NCBI GenBank assembly: GCA_963695335.1
Contig: OY968764.1
Location: 416,001-480,000, forward strand
Length of the DNA: 64,000 bases
Origin: an uncultured bacterium
Lineage (GTDB): Bacteria > Babelota > Babeliae > Babelales > Vermiphilaceae
Reading direction: 5' to 3'
Below are positions 9,783 to 20,484 of the stretch, piece after piece. The notes beneath the pieces are model-generated. The model saw only the letters and a program-made list of their open reading frames with translations, ran no database searches and was not told the origin of the DNA. Numbering within the stretch: the stretch's first letter is position 1; each line of letters opens with the position of its first letter. A program made the position numbers and the translations under genes.

Positions 9783-10289
9783 TTATTTTTTACGCTGATA
9801 GGTGCCAATGAGGGTAGTTTGTGCTAGAATATGGCCTTTCATAGCATCGATAATCTGTTCTTTGGTAGAGCCAGTAGGCAAATCAAGGAAATTATCGAGT
9901 GCATAGAGAGTAAAGCGGTAATGATGGGTGCCACTCGGTGGACATGGGCCTCCCCATGCACGTTTGCCATCAAAATCAGTGGCGCCTTGAATAAAAGGAC
10001 CTGAAGACGTATTTTCAGCTAAACTTTGTGTGGTATTGGGGATATTAAAGACTATCCAATGCGTCCATACTTTGCTGGGAGCATCTGGGTCATCAACAAT
10101 AAGTGCAAAGCTGTTGGTGGTTTGCGGTGCGTCTGACCATTCTAGCGCAGGGGAAATATTAGCCCCATCGCAGGTATATTGTGACGGAATTGACCCGTTA
10201 TGAGAAAAGGATGGGCTGGTGAGTTTCATTGGGTTCCCTTTGAGTGATAGAGAGAAGATAACTGTTAGAAACAATAGTTTTTTGAACAT
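9783..10289 (-). CDS. YbhB/YbcL family PEBP (Raf kinase inhibitor-like) protein
   Basis: YTCDG.NISPAL.W, DDPDAP, WTHW, GPCPPSGTHHYRF. Confidence 0.95.
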   Translation of the reverse strand: MFKKLLFLTVIFSLSLKGNPMKLTSPSFSHNGSIPSQYTCDGANISPALEWSDAPQTTNSFALIVDDPDAPSKVWTHWIVFNIPNTTQSLAENTSSGPFIQGATDFDGKRAWGGPCPPSGTHHYRFTLYALDNFLDLPTGSTKEQIIDAMKGHILAQTTLIGTYQRKK

Positions 10290-10360
10290 AAAATAACCCC
10301 CTGTTATGTTTTTTAACAAAATAACAGGGGGATTGTTGTAATTTCAAGGGAAGAGTTGTG

Positions 10361-10948
10361 TTACATCACTGATTGGCCGATGTATTCTTGCGATTGGCCA
10401 ACTTCCTGACCAGCAGGCGCTGCAGGAGCTGATTGGTTACCTTTAACTTGTGCACTGATTTCTTTAACTTTATCAGCCAATTTTTGTCCCAAAAGAACTA
10501 AGTAAGCTTTGTTTGCCATTGCTTTATACAGTTTGGCTCCATATTCACTCATTTTGAGGTTAGGGAATAAGTCTGATAAGTTATTATCTACTTTTATATT
10601 TTTGAATGAACCGTTTTTATTTACAATTTCATCATATTGCATAGATACAATAGCATCCATATTTGTTGTAAAATCGGTGCTCATAATAAGTTTTTCAAGA
10701 ACCGGTTTGATAGCATTGTATAAAGTTGAAGAAGCCTTTTCTGCCATTTTTATATGAATACGTTCTGCATTCCATGCACGTTTAATAGCATTCATTTGTG
10801 TATTAATGTGATTGAGTTGGACTGTAAGAGTAGCAATATCAGCTGCCTGCCCTTCGAAGCCTTGGCGAAGTAGGGTGGGAGCCATTGCCATTATTGTTTG
10901 AGCTGTGGCAAGCAGCGTTACTATGCAAAAAGATAATTTTTTAATCAT
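10361..10948 (-). CDS. Exported hypothetical protein with in-frame palindromic insert
   Basis: GAGGA RBS, signal peptide; type B repeat at 10847..10875 encodes PTLLRQGFEGQ. Confidence 0.75.
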   Translation of the reverse strand: MIKKLSFCIVTLLATAQTIMAMAPTLLRQGFEGQAADIATLTVQLNHINTQMNAIKRAWNAERIHIKMAEKASSTLYNAIKPVLEKLIMSTDFTTNMDAIVSMQYDEIVNKNGSFKNIKVDNNLSDLFPNLKMSEYGAKLYKAMANKAYLVLLGQKLADKVKEISAQVKGNQSAPAAPAGQEVGQSQEYIGQSVM

Positions 10949-11026
10949 GACACATCCTCAATTAATGGTTTATTTCTTACTTTAAAAGTAACAGAATCGA
11001 TTTCAGTTTGTCAATAAAGGGTTGCG

Positions 11027-11620
11027 TTAGTTATGATGGTTGGCTTCTAGTGCTGCGAGTTCTACGTAAAGTTCTTGTGTTTTATGGTCAAGTTTTTCAA
11101 GAAGTAGTTTGTAACCAAGGCGTTGAGTGGTTCTGAGATAGTAGAGATTAAAGAGTAATTCGAAATCTTCCCATGATTTTAGGGGTTCACTTTCAAGAGC
11201 ATTGTCGATGAGTTGTTTTAGAGGTTTTGGTCTTGTGGAATATGCTTCTATTGTATATGCAATATTATTATAGTTTATCTGTTTATCAATGATACTCGTG
11301 AGTTGTACATCAGTTACATGGTCAAGCATTAATGTAAACTCATTGAGGGTTGTGATTGAGTTGACGATAGCTTTGATTGTTTTACTTAGTCTTTTGTATT
11401 GATAATATTCTACCAAGTGACCAATGAATTCGTGTTTTATGTGTGTTTTTATGTCTTTATTAATAGAAGAGATCATTTCTCTATCTGCGATAATGTCCTT
11501 TTTTGCCTGAGCAATATGAGCAAGGTTGCTTTTAATAATGTTAATTTTATCAACTGAAGCGGTTATTGATATAAAAGATAATGCGGTCAGGGTGGTCAAT
11601 AAGTACATATTTTTGAGCAT
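11027..11620 (-). CDS. Exported helical hypothetical protein (LxH family)
   Basis: Signal peptide, NLAHIAQAKKDI. Confidence 0.7.
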   Translation of the reverse strand: MLKNMYLLTTLTALSFISITASVDKINIIKSNLAHIAQAKKDIIADREMISSINKDIKTHIKHEFIGHLVEYYQYKRLSKTIKAIVNSITTLNEFTLMLDHVTDVQLTSIIDKQINYNNIAYTIEAYSTRPKPLKQLIDNALESEPLKSWEDFELLFNLYYLRTTQRLGYKLLLEKLDHKTQELYVELAALEANHHN

Positions 11621-11862
11621 AACATTCTCTAAAAGGGCCTAAATAAATAATAAAAGATATCTTATTTCCAGTGTGCCAGATAACCCATAGTAGGTCAAAA
11701 CAGGGGTAACATAAGGCTTTAGTTAGCATAGCTAGCGGCAGGCTGGAGTTGACATTTAGCCAAATATAGGACATTATTTTTATATATATCTTATCCCATT
11801 CTTTAATGGGAGTCTCGATAAGAAAATAATAGTAAGTTTCATTTTTTTTAAGGACGAATCCA

Positions 11863-12117
11863 ATGGCAACCAGTAAATCCGGTGGAAGTACCCAGAATAA
11901 TAGAGAAAGTCATAGTAAGCGGTTAGGCTGTAAAATATTTGATGGACACAAAGTTTTTGGTGGTGAAATCATCGTCCGTCAACGTGGCACTCATATTCAC
12001 CCAGGTAAACAAGTTCGTCGCGGTGGTGATGATACATTGTTTGTTACAGCTCCTGGCGTAATCAAATTCCATTTTGGCCCTAAAGGTCGTAAATACGTTT
12101 CTGTTATCAGCCAATAA
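11863..12117 (+). CDS. rpmA: 50S ribosomal protein L27
   Basis: MATSKSGGSTQNNRES.SKRLG, GEIIVRQRGT, G.DDTLF. Confidence 0.98.
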   Translation: MATSKSGGSTQNNRESHSKRLGCKIFDGHKVFGGEIIVRQRGTHIHPGKQVRRGGDDTLFVTAPGVIKFHFGPKGRKYVSVISQ

Positions 12118-12119
12118 GT

Positions 12120-12267
12120 TTAACCCCATCTTCTTAGCCCCATTTTCAGACAAGTCTTTCAATGGGGACACTTAAGAACAAGATAATTGGGTAAAACAAA
12201 GTAGTGGTGAGGTTTACCCTACGTCCTTCGACAGGCTCAGGATGAGCGGAAGATAGCGTAGTAGGGT
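12120..12267. repeat. Composite palindromic repeats (types C, A, B)
   Basis: TTAACCCCATCTTC...ATGGGGAC; CCCTAC[CCTTCGACAGGCTCAGGATGAGCGG]...GCGTAGTAGGG. Confidence 0.75.
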
Positions 12268-12324
12268 TGAGAAAAATAAAAAAAGGTATCTTAAATAGTG
12301 TGCTGTTAAAAGAATGGGTAGCTG

Positions 12325-13221
12325 ATGGTTATTAATTTTTTGAAATATCGTAAAGCAACAGCTTTATCTTCTCTCGCATTAATTGCTGCATTTATTGGTG
12401 TGGCGGTTTATCGGCAACAAACACGTGGATCAGTATACAATTATAGCGTTGATTTTACTGGAGGAACTCAGATTTTGCTTGGTTTTGAGCAAGAAGTTGA
12501 TGGTTCTTACATAAAACAGATTATTGTTGATAATGGTTGGCCAAGTGCAAATACGCGTGAATTTGGTAAAACAGAAGTTCTAGTGCGTGTTAAAGAGTTT
12601 GAAGCGGATATGGTTGGTCTTGGTGAACGCATGAAAGATGTGATACAGCAAGCAATGCCAGAAAACAGAGTTGAAATTCTACAAACAGAAAGCGTTGGAG
12701 CTGGGGTTGGTGCAGATTTGCGTGGTAAATCGGCGTATGCAATGGCAGTGGCGCTGATTTTAATGTTGCTGTATATTGCGATGCGTTTCTGGTCAATAGC
12801 TTTTGCTTCAGGTGCTATTTTGGCACTTATCCATGATGCGCTTGTGATGTTAGCGATATTTTTGTTTTTAGATCGCGAAATATCAATTAACTTTATTGCA
12901 GCGGTATTAACAGTTCTTGGTTATTCAATTAATGATACAATTGTAATCTTTTCTCAGATTCGTGAATTTATGAAAAAGAGAAAAGGTGTACCGTTAGATC
13001 AAATTGTTAATGATAGCCTTAATTACACGCTCAGAAGAACAATGCTCACCAGTATTTCAACAGGTTTGCCGGTTTTGGTGATGTTGTTTTTTGGTGGTGA
13101 AGCATTACAAGATTTCTCACTCGCGTTATTGATTGGAATAATTTTTGGTACATATTCATCAATTTATATTGCAAGTCCTATTATGATGTTGATGCAGCCA
13201 AAAGAACATGCTGCGCATTAA
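12325..13221 (+). CDS. secF: Protein translocase subunit SecF
   Basis: VDFTGGT, HDAL, LGYSINDTIVIF..IRE, TL.RT.LTS, GTYSSIYIASP. Confidence 0.97.
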   Translation: MVINFLKYRKATALSSLALIAAFIGVAVYRQQTRGSVYNYSVDFTGGTQILLGFEQEVDGSYIKQIIVDNGWPSANTREFGKTEVLVRVKEFEADMVGLGERMKDVIQQAMPENRVEILQTESVGAGVGADLRGKSAYAMAVALILMLLYIAMRFWSIAFASGAILALIHDALVMLAIFLFLDREISINFIAAVLTVLGYSINDTIVIFSQIREFMKKRKGVPLDQIVNDSLNYTLRRTMLTSISTGLPVLVMLFFGGEALQDFSLALLIGIIFGTYSSIYIASPIMMLMQPKEHAAH

Positions 13222-13280
13222 AAAAGCTTTTTCTTTTTTATTTTTTTTGAAATATATTGACGGCTTATTTAAAAAATATG

Positions 13281-13320
13281 ATCATTTTGGTATACAATAA
13301 ACTATGTATACCAAAATGAT
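13281..13320. promoter_or_regulatory. Perfect 16-bp inverted repeat upstream of rho
   Basis: ATCATTTTGGTATACA-8nt-TGTATACCAAAATGAT followed by a T-run; TTGACG at 13257. Confidence 0.55.
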
Positions 13321-13334
13321 TCCTTTTTTGCCTG

Positions 13335-13363
13335 GCCTTCGTAGCTCGCTAGAGCGTAGTAGG
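13335..13363. repeat. Type B palindromic unit
   Basis: GCCTTCGTAGCTCGCTAGAGCGTAGTAGGC. Confidence 0.8.
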
Positions 13364-13484
13364 CATACGTAACATTAATTTACATATCTCATATTAGTAC
13401 ATCATTTTTTTTAATCTTATTTTCACAAATTCAAGGAATATTACATGACGTACAACGTCAGAGTATCTTTTACAGGAGGTCTGG

Positions 13485-15206
13485 ATGAAAACTCGTGATA
13501 TTAAAACAGCTGATTCTGCGCAAATAGAAGAGTCGCAAACAGCACAAACCGTGGAATCTTCTCAGGCTACTCCACAACCAACTCGTACACGTGCTCCAAG
13601 AGCACCTAAAAAAGATAAAGTGGTAGAAACAGCTACACATACGGTGTCTGAAGAGCCACAAAAGTCAGTAACATCCGACTATGCTTCGTCCTCCGCTAAA
13701 AGCTACGGAGAACACAGCAAGGCTTCCTCTGTTGCTGAAGCTATGAAGGACAGGTCGTCGGACAGGTCAGAATCAACAAGGCCTGCAGCGCAAGAGCATT
13801 ATTTTGAGCGCGATGCAATGCCGCAAGATCGTAGAAATGGAAATGGGCAGTATGTCCAACCTCGTGAAGTACGCGAAGAATATAATCGTCCAACGCAACA
13901 ATATTCTCAGCAAGGTTCATACGATCGTTCAGGATACACACGTCGACCATTAGAAGATTTATCATTGTCAGAACTCGTTCAATATGCTCGCCGTTATGGT
14001 ATCATGGGCGCGGCAATTACTAAAAAAGATGAGTTGCTCAAAAAAGTTCGTTACGCTGAAGAACATCCAAATGCTGAAATGGCAGTCGAGGGGGTTTTAG
14101 AAAAATTACCTGATGGATTTGGATTCTTGCGTTCAGCATTATATGATTACGTTTCAGGGCCAGATGATATTTATGTTTCTCCATCACAAATTAGACGTTT
14201 TGGTTTGCGTACGGGAGACACTATCAAGGGTGAAATAAGAAAACCAAAAGAAGGTGAAAAATATTTTGCGCTATTAAAAGTATCGCAAGTAAATTACGCT
14301 GAACCTCTTTCTATGATTGATAGACCTCATTTTGACAGCTTGAGTCCGCAGCATCCTATTTCAAAATTCAATCTTGAATTTGATCCAACAGCACTTTCTA
14401 CCCGTATTCTTGATGTATTCACACCGATTGGTAAAGGTCAGCGTGGTTTGATTGTAGCTCCTCCTAAAGTTGGTAAAACGTTGTTGCTTAAAGAAATTGC
14501 GCGAGCAATTATTAGCAATCATCCTGAAGCACATCTTATGGTACTTTGCGTGGATGAACGTCCTGAAGAAGTTGCTGATATGCGCCGTACGCTTAAAGGC
14601 ACCACAGCAGAAGTTATCAGTTCTACATTTGATGAACCTGCAGAGCGTCATGTTCAAGTGGCGGAAATTGTTTTGGAAAAAGCAAAACGTTTAGTTGAAT
14701 GTAACAAAGATGTGGTTATTATTCTTGATTCTATCACTCGTCTTGCGCGTGCATATAATACCGTTGCTCCTGCATCAGGAAAAGTACTGACTGGTGGTAT
14801 TGATGCATACGCACTGCAACATCCAAAACGATTTTTTGGTGCAGCACGTGCCACTGAAGAAGCTGGTTCATTAACTATTTTAGCTTCTGCATTGGTAGAA
14901 ACAGGTTCGCGTATGGATGAAGTTATTTTTGAAGAGTTTAAAGGTACGGGTAACATGGAAATGAATATGACGCGTAAACTTTCACACCGTCGTATTTTCC
15001 CAGCCTTTGATCTGTTAACTTCTGGAACTCGTCGTGATGACTTATTACTTTCTGAAGAAGAACTTAATAAAGTTTGGATTCTGCAGAAATTACTTTCTAC
15101 GATGAATACTATAGAAGGTATGGAATTCTTGATTGATAAAATGAAGAAGACCAAAACCAATGCTGAATTTTTTGAATCGATCAATAAACGAACCGCTGAA
15201 ATGTAA
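13485..15206 (+). CDS. rho: Transcription termination factor Rho with long N-terminal extension
   Basis: [68 protein letters not shown]. Confidence 0.99.
   Translation: MKTRDIKTADSAQIEESQTAQTVESSQATPQPTRTRAPRAPKKDKVVETATHTVSEEPQKSVTSDYASSSAKSYGEHSKASSVAEAMKDRSSDRSESTRPAAQEHYFERDAMPQDRRNGNGQYVQPREVREEYNRPTQQYSQQGSYDRSGYTRRPLEDLSLSELVQYARRYGIMGAAITKKDELLKKVRYAEEHPNAEMAVEGVLEKLPDGFGFLRSALYDYVSGPDDIYVSPSQIRRFGLRTGDTIKGEIRKPKEGEKYFALLKVSQVNYAEPLSMIDRPHFDSLSPQHPISKFNLEFDPTALSTRILDVFTPIGKGQRGLIVAPPKVGKTLLLKEIARAIISNHPEAHLMVLCVDERPEEVADMRRTLKGTTAEVISSTFDEPAERHVQVAEIVLEKAKRLVECNKDVVIILDSITRLARAYNTVAPASGKVLTGGIDAYALQHPKRFFGAARATEEAGSLTILASALVETGSRMDEVIFEEFKGTGNMEMNMTRKLSHRRIFPAFDLLTSGTRRDDLLLSEEELNKVWILQKLLSTMNTIEGMEFLIDKMKKTKTNAEFFESINKRTAEM
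13674..13767. repeat. Multiply nested type B elements inside rho
   Basis: TCCGACTA...GTCCTCCGCTAAAAGCTACGGAG...AAGGCTTC...GCTGAAGCTATGAAGGACAGG...TCGTCGGACAGG. Confidence 0.75.
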
Positions 15207-15228
15207 AAAACGCTATTTTATGATGGTG

Positions 15229-15260
15229 AAAGGACTCGGGAAACCGGGCCTTTTTTTTTT
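15229..15260 (+). terminator. Intrinsic terminator after rho
   Basis: AAAGGACTCGG-GAAA-CCGGGCC followed by a long T-run. Confidence 0.8.
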
Positions 15261-15405
15261 ATGAAATCCCCAAAAGCACACTCCTATGTTTTCATTTTGA
15301 AATATAAACACATTGTTTTTTGATAAAAAAATAAATTTTGATATTGTTATAAATATGATAAGAATGTGTTGTTTGGGTTATCAAAGGTGATAGGTGGGGG
15401 ATTTC

Positions 15406-17871
15406 ATGGATTATAAAAGACTTATTTTGCCAATATTGGTTCTGTTCGGTGGAACGTCAATATCGTTGGCTATGAAGCAAATAGTGCCTGCAAACAAAAA
15501 AGAACGAGCAAAGAGAGATCAGTCTGTTAAGAAATTCAATAACACTAATAATCAACGGCAAGTTGTCCGGCAACCAAAACAATTGGTAAAATCTGAAATT
15601 AAAAAAAAACCAATAAGTGCTCAACCGATAACTACTACATATGATCTTTTTAGGGCATGTAAAACAGTAAGAAAAGACCTTGATGAAGGGGTAGAGATCA
15701 ATCTTGTTGAAAAAGAAGATATAAATGGGAGAGAGGTTTATTCCTATGACGGGAAAACTGCATTGCATCATGCTGCACAAAATGGTCTTATCAATATGGT
15801 AAAGGCATTGGTTAAAGCTGGTGCTGATGTAAATGCTCAAGATAGCGAAGAAGATTCTTTTTATAATGTAACGAGTAAGCGTACAGCTTTGCAGTATGCC
15901 GTGCAGAATGGCCATATGGAAGTGGTAAAATTTTTAATTGACCATGATGATATTAAAATAGATATGACAGATGGTTATGGTAATGGTTTATTGCACCATG
16001 CGGTTGGTTCATTTCGTGATAATTCAGAAATGGTACGGTTTGTTATTGCAAAATATCCCACGAGTGTAAACGCTAAAAATAATTATTTGGAGACCCCGCT
16101 GCATTATGATGTATCACTGCCATATGCAAATAAAGGAATAACAACTAGTATTTTGCTGGAAAATGGCGCTGATGTAAACGCTAAAAATGCTAAAGGTCGC
16201 ACATCAATAGAATTTCCTCGTGCATCTAAAGAGGTGAGGAAACTTTTGGTTAAAAATGGCGCTGATCCAGATACAATTGTTTATAATAGTAGCGGTTGGA
16301 CGCCTTTGTTTTTTGCAATAGAAGGCAAAGATATGGAATTTATAGAGCTATTGGTGAACAAAGGGGCTAATGTTCATGCCAAAGATGATCTAGGTAATAC
16401 CGTATTGCGTTATGCAGCTTGTTCTGATTCGGCAATATTAAAATTTTTGCTTGAAAACACGGATATTAAAAAAGATATAAATGTTAAAGATGGGATACAA
16501 GGGACTCCTTTGTATGATGTGTGTAGTAGCGGTAATTATGAAAATGCAAAAATTTTAATTGAACATGGTGCTGATGTTAATGCTAAAGATGGGCGTCAAT
16601 TTATATCACAAGGAATATCGAGGGAAGCGTTTGCTAAAATGTTTTATCATGATCCCAATGCAAAAAAACCTGAAATCGAGTATTTTATGGCTTCTGCTTC
16701 TATACATTCAGTCCCAGAAGAAGGTTTTTCTCCTTTACATATAGCTAGTTTACAAGGCCATGACAAAATAGTTGATTTGCTTATTGCAAATAAGGCTATC
16801 ATCGTAGATATTAAAACTAATAAACATGTGACTCCTTTGCATGCAGCTGCTTTTAATGGACATGCTAACATTGTTGAAAAATTATATATGGCAGGTGCCT
16901 GTACTGATGCTGAGACAACAGCGGATGATTTTTTTGAAGAAATTAATCATGTTACAGATAAAGTAACTCCTTTGTTTACTGCAATTGGACAGGGGAAAAC
17001 TGAGACGGTAAAAAAACTTGCTCCTTGGTCAAAAGTGAATCATCAGATTGGATCCTTTAAGGTTACTCCTTTACATTTGGCATCTTTATTGGGGCATTCT
17101 GATATGGTAAAAATTCTTATAGATAATGGTGCAGATCCTAAGTTGCTTATTTGGGGAAAACATACTGCAGCCGATGTTGCTAATTATTATGGCAAAAAAG
17201 ATATTGCAGGTTTCCTTACTGAGAAGATGGATTACTTGAGGCAAAAGTTCACATTTTCATTGAGTAAGGAAAACCAAAAACAAATTCCTATACAAATTAT
17301 GGGAAATGATGGAATTTTGCAGGGGCCAATAATCATTCAGCAAAAAGCTAATATAAAAGCGGATATGCTTTTTGTTGATAAGACTATTGTGCCTTTTGGT
17401 GTATATTATCGTGGTATTGATAGGCAGATTAAGTCTATTCCTAATAATACAAAAAGTAGAAATGGTTTATCGATGGTGAGTAATCATTTATCACAATTAA
17501 ATTATTGTGGTTGTCCTAAAAAAAATAGTATTGATCCTTTGCATAATTTTTCTGAAAATATAGAGAAAGAATTTGGTAATTTAGCGTATGTTTTTATTGA
17601 AAATGAAAATCCTAATTTTACTGATGAGGACAAAAAGCTGACACTCTGTATTTCTATGCCAGAAGACATTGAGAAATTAAAAAATAAAAAAAATAATTCC
17701 GACATAGTAATAAACCGGCTGGGAGCCTATGAATTTGTTGTAAGAAAAAACTTGTATGAGGCAAAAGGTGTCTGCTCCCATCGATTTCTTAATCCAAAAG
17801 GAACAGTTGGTGCGCAAGCTTTTGGTGCTGAATATCGTAAAAAAGAGCAAAAGAAATTAACTTATTCTTAA
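15406..17871 (+). CDS. Exported ankyrin-repeat protein with unrelated C-terminal domain
   Basis: Signal peptide; more than 10 TALH/TPLH...GADVNA repeats; non-ankyrin C-terminal ~200 aa. Confidence 0.92.
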   Translation: MDYKRLILPILVLFGGTSISLAMKQIVPANKKERAKRDQSVKKFNNTNNQRQVVRQPKQLVKSEIKKKPISAQPITTTYDLFRACKTVRKDLDEGVEINLVEKEDINGREVYSYDGKTALHHAAQNGLINMVKALVKAGADVNAQDSEEDSFYNVTSKRTALQYAVQNGHMEVVKFLIDHDDIKIDMTDGYGNGLLHHAVGSFRDNSEMVRFVIAKYPTSVNAKNNYLETPLHYDVSLPYANKGITTSILLENGADVNAKNAKGRTSIEFPRASKEVRKLLVKNGADPDTIVYNSSGWTPLFFAIEGKDMEFIELLVNKGANVHAKDDLGNTVLRYAACSDSAILKFLLENTDIKKDINVKDGIQGTPLYDVCSSGNYENAKILIEHGADVNAKDGRQFISQGISREAFAKMFYHDPNAKKPEIEYFMASASIHSVPEEGFSPLHIASLQGHDKIVDLLIANKAIIVDIKTNKHVTPLHAAAFNGHANIVEKLYMAGACTDAETTADDFFEEINHVTDKVTPLFTAIGQGKTETVKKLAPWSKVNHQIGSFKVTPLHLASLLGHSDMVKILIDNGADPKLLIWGKHTAADVANYYGKKDIAGFLTEKMDYLRQKFTFSLSKENQKQIPIQIMGNDGILQGPIIIQQKANIKADMLFVDKTIVPFGVYYRGIDRQIKSIPNNTKSRNGLSMVSNHLSQLNYCGCPKKNSIDPLHNFSENIEKEFGNLAYVFIENENPNFTDEDKKLTLCISMPEDIEKLKNKKNNSDIVINRLGAYEFVVRKNLYEAKGVCSHRFLNPKGTVGAQAFGAEYRKKEQKKLTYS

Positions 17872-17886
17872 AAAGTTTAAAAATTA

Positions 17887-17913
17887 AGAAGGCCCCAAAT
17901 TTGGGGCCTTTTT
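17887..17913. terminator. Bidirectional terminator
   Basis: AAGGCCCCAAATTTGGGGCCTTTTT between convergent genes. Confidence 0.8.
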
Positions 17914-17932
17914 GTTTGAGCTATTTTTTTAC

Positions 17933-20446
17933 CTATTTTGTTGACCAGAAATAGTTTTTTATTTGTTCGAGATAGTTTCCTTTTACAGGGTAAGCTTTTT
18001 GTACATCTTGCTCTCGTTTTGTGTCTATACCTAGGTTCTGTTGAGTTTTCATCGTAACCATATGCAAGTTCCCACAAAAGAAAGAAAAGATAAAAAATTT
18101 CGTGCCGATTTATCAAAACGAGCAAACACTCTTCTAAAGTGTTTTATCTTTGAAAACAAGCATTCAATCGCATGTCTCTCTTTATATAGATGTTCATCAT
18201 ATTGATATTGTTCTTTACGATTGGATCTTGGAGGAATAACGGGAACACAATTTTTTTCTATTAATTTCGAACGTAATTCAGTGGAATCATATCCTTTATC
18301 CGCTATTACATATGATTCAGAAATATCTTTTAATAAAATATCAGCCTGAGTAATATCATTACGCTGACCAGGAGTAATAACAAATCTTAAAGGATTGCCT
18401 AAAGCATCTACTGTTGCATGTATCTTACTTGTAAAACCACCTTTACTTCTTCCCAGTCCTTCATTTTTAAATTGATCATATCCAGCAGAACAGGCATGTG
18501 CGCGGACTATCGTGGCATCAATCATTACATATTCCATATCGGGATCCTCTGCACAAAAACTGAGTAATTTTTCCCAAATATGTTTTTTTGACCAAGCATT
18601 AAATCTGCTGAACACACTATTCCAATTTCCATATTTTTCCGGCAACTCTCTCCATTGTGCTCCTGTTCTTGCCATCCAAAATGTCCCTTCTATAAACTTT
18701 TTACAGTCCTTTTCTTCTTTTATATAAATGTTTTTTTGCTGTTTTAAAAAATTAAAAATTTTGCTCCAGGCCATTTCGCTGATATACTCTTTTTTCATGA
18801 TAGCACCGTTTTAGTGATTTGGTTTTTGCTTTTTCGGTGTTATCATACTTCAAAACTTATCTTTTCAAAAACTCAACAGAACCTAAAGATTCTTCATAAG
18901 CTTTTTGTAATTCTTGCTGATGTTGAATATTCTTTTCTTCGTTTTGTTCTGCTGCTTTGTGTGCTAATTGTTGTTCTTGTTTTTGCCGTAAAGCTTGTAT
19001 TTCACGTTTTTCTTGTTTTCGTTTTTTAGCCTCTTCTTCTAATTCCCTTCGAGCTATTGTTAGTTCTTTTTGAGTCTTTTCTTCTAATTCTTTTTGAGTT
19101 TTTTGTTGCCGTTCTTCCTGGAGAGCTTCATCTCTCAGTTTTGGCTCTCCCATTTTTTTAATTTCTTGAGTGACTTGTTGTTTGTTTTGCCGTTGTTCTT
19201 TTTCAAATGCTATACCTGTTTGGGGGTTGTAGGAGGTGAATGCGCCATTTTTGCCAACAACAACAAGTTCATGTGGAGATTTAAAGTAGAAAGCATTATC
19301 AACGGTGAATGTTGTCAGAGAAGATGAAAGTTTTTCCAAATTAACGAGTGAATAGATTATATTTTGTCCGGTAAAAAATTCACGCGGTGCACCAAGTTCT
19401 ACTAAACGGGTCTCTTTATCATCAGGGCTAAAGCAGTAGGTAACAACATTTGTGGCTATGTTATCGAGTTTTTTTCCGGTTGTTGTATTAATAAGATACA
19501 TTGCATTTTTTTCTTTGAAAACAACAAGGTAATTTTTTAATGGGCTCAGGATATATGCCATAACATGTGTTTCTGTTATTTTTTTCCCATGAGCTAGCAT
19601 TATAGAGAGTTCTTTGGTTGCATCATAGTATGTAATTTTTTTTGAAACAGTGAGGTCGTTATTGATTGTTTCAGTAATATTGGGAGTTGATGAGAACCAT
19701 CTGTTTCTTTGTACGGTAATTTGCCGTAGGGTGTCATTATCATATTGTACAACAAGATTATCTTCGCTTGAGTAATCGATTGTTTGTACATTTTCAAATG
19801 TTTTAAGAACTGATTTTGACGAAATATCAAACAGTTCGTACCGAGTAGTATCATTCTGAGGTCTTGCGCCAAGAGGCAACGCTCCCTCGTTAGTATGAGT
19901 TGTATCTAAATGTCTTCTGGCAATGATGAGTGTTGTTTCATCTGGGCTAAATTCATAGGTGATTAAATCACCATCAAAAGAGCCAACTTCCGTGAGACTT
20001 TGTAGATCTATTATTTTTGTAACATGAGTGATAGTCGGTATTTTTTCCCCTATAGGACGTTTTAACAGACTGCTCAGTAAGTACGTGATTGTTTTTTCAG
20101 AGAGACCTTGTGATGGAGATGCTGTGTTTGTGATTACTTGCACCATGAGATATTTTTTTTGAGGACTAAAATTATAGAAGCTCACTTGTGTTGGAGATAT
20201 GGGAGTTGTTTTGAGTGTGTCGTTTTCAACAAAGTTAAGGATCATTCTTTTTTGGTCGGGTTCATAAAAAATGACTGGAATTTGTTGTGCTTCTTCTGAT
20301 TTTAGTTCTGTTTGTTTATGTATTTGTGGTGTTTTCATCTGTTGGAGATACTTTGCCGTGTACTGTTTGCCCTGTTGTGTCATGCGCATACACAAGAGAT
20401 TTGTACTCACGAGTGCACATACGAGTGTTATTTTTATACATTTCAT
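17933..20446 (-). CDS. Exported beta-propeller-like/coiled-coil protein, interrupted near its C-terminus by IS5
   Basis: Repeated FSP..K/T strands and a charged coiled coil; removing the IS and one TA restores the frame ...ESLGIDTKREQ...YFWSTK*. Confidence 0.75.
18034..18883 (-). mobile_element. IS5-family element copy 1 (850 bp, TA duplication)
   Basis: Terminal IR GGTTCTGTTGAGTTTT/AAAACTCAACAGAACC flanked by TA. Confidence 0.95.
18049..18798 (-). CDS. IS5-family (IS427-like) DDE transposase
   Basis: RTGAQWRELP..YG.W, IDATIVRAH, LGRSKGGFTSKIHA, ADKGYD, YKERHAIECLF. Confidence 0.97.
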   Translation of the reverse strand: MKKEYISEMAWSKIFNFLKQQKNIYIKEEKDCKKFIEGTFWMARTGAQWRELPEKYGNWNSVFSRFNAWSKKHIWEKLLSFCAEDPDMEYVMIDATIVRAHACSAGYDQFKNEGLGRSKGGFTSKIHATVDALGNPLRFVITPGQRNDITQADILLKDISESYVIADKGYDSTELRSKLIEKNCVPVIPPRSNRKEQYQYDEHLYKERHAIECLFSKIKHFRRVFARFDKSARNFLSFLSFVGTCIWLR

Positions 20447-20484
20447 ATTATTCCCCTATTTTTTTTAATATATTTTTACATTTT

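Noticed and set aside
11863..13221. rpmA without rplU and secF without secD as gene loss
   Set aside because: Partners may lie elsewhere in the genome; cannot be judged from this window
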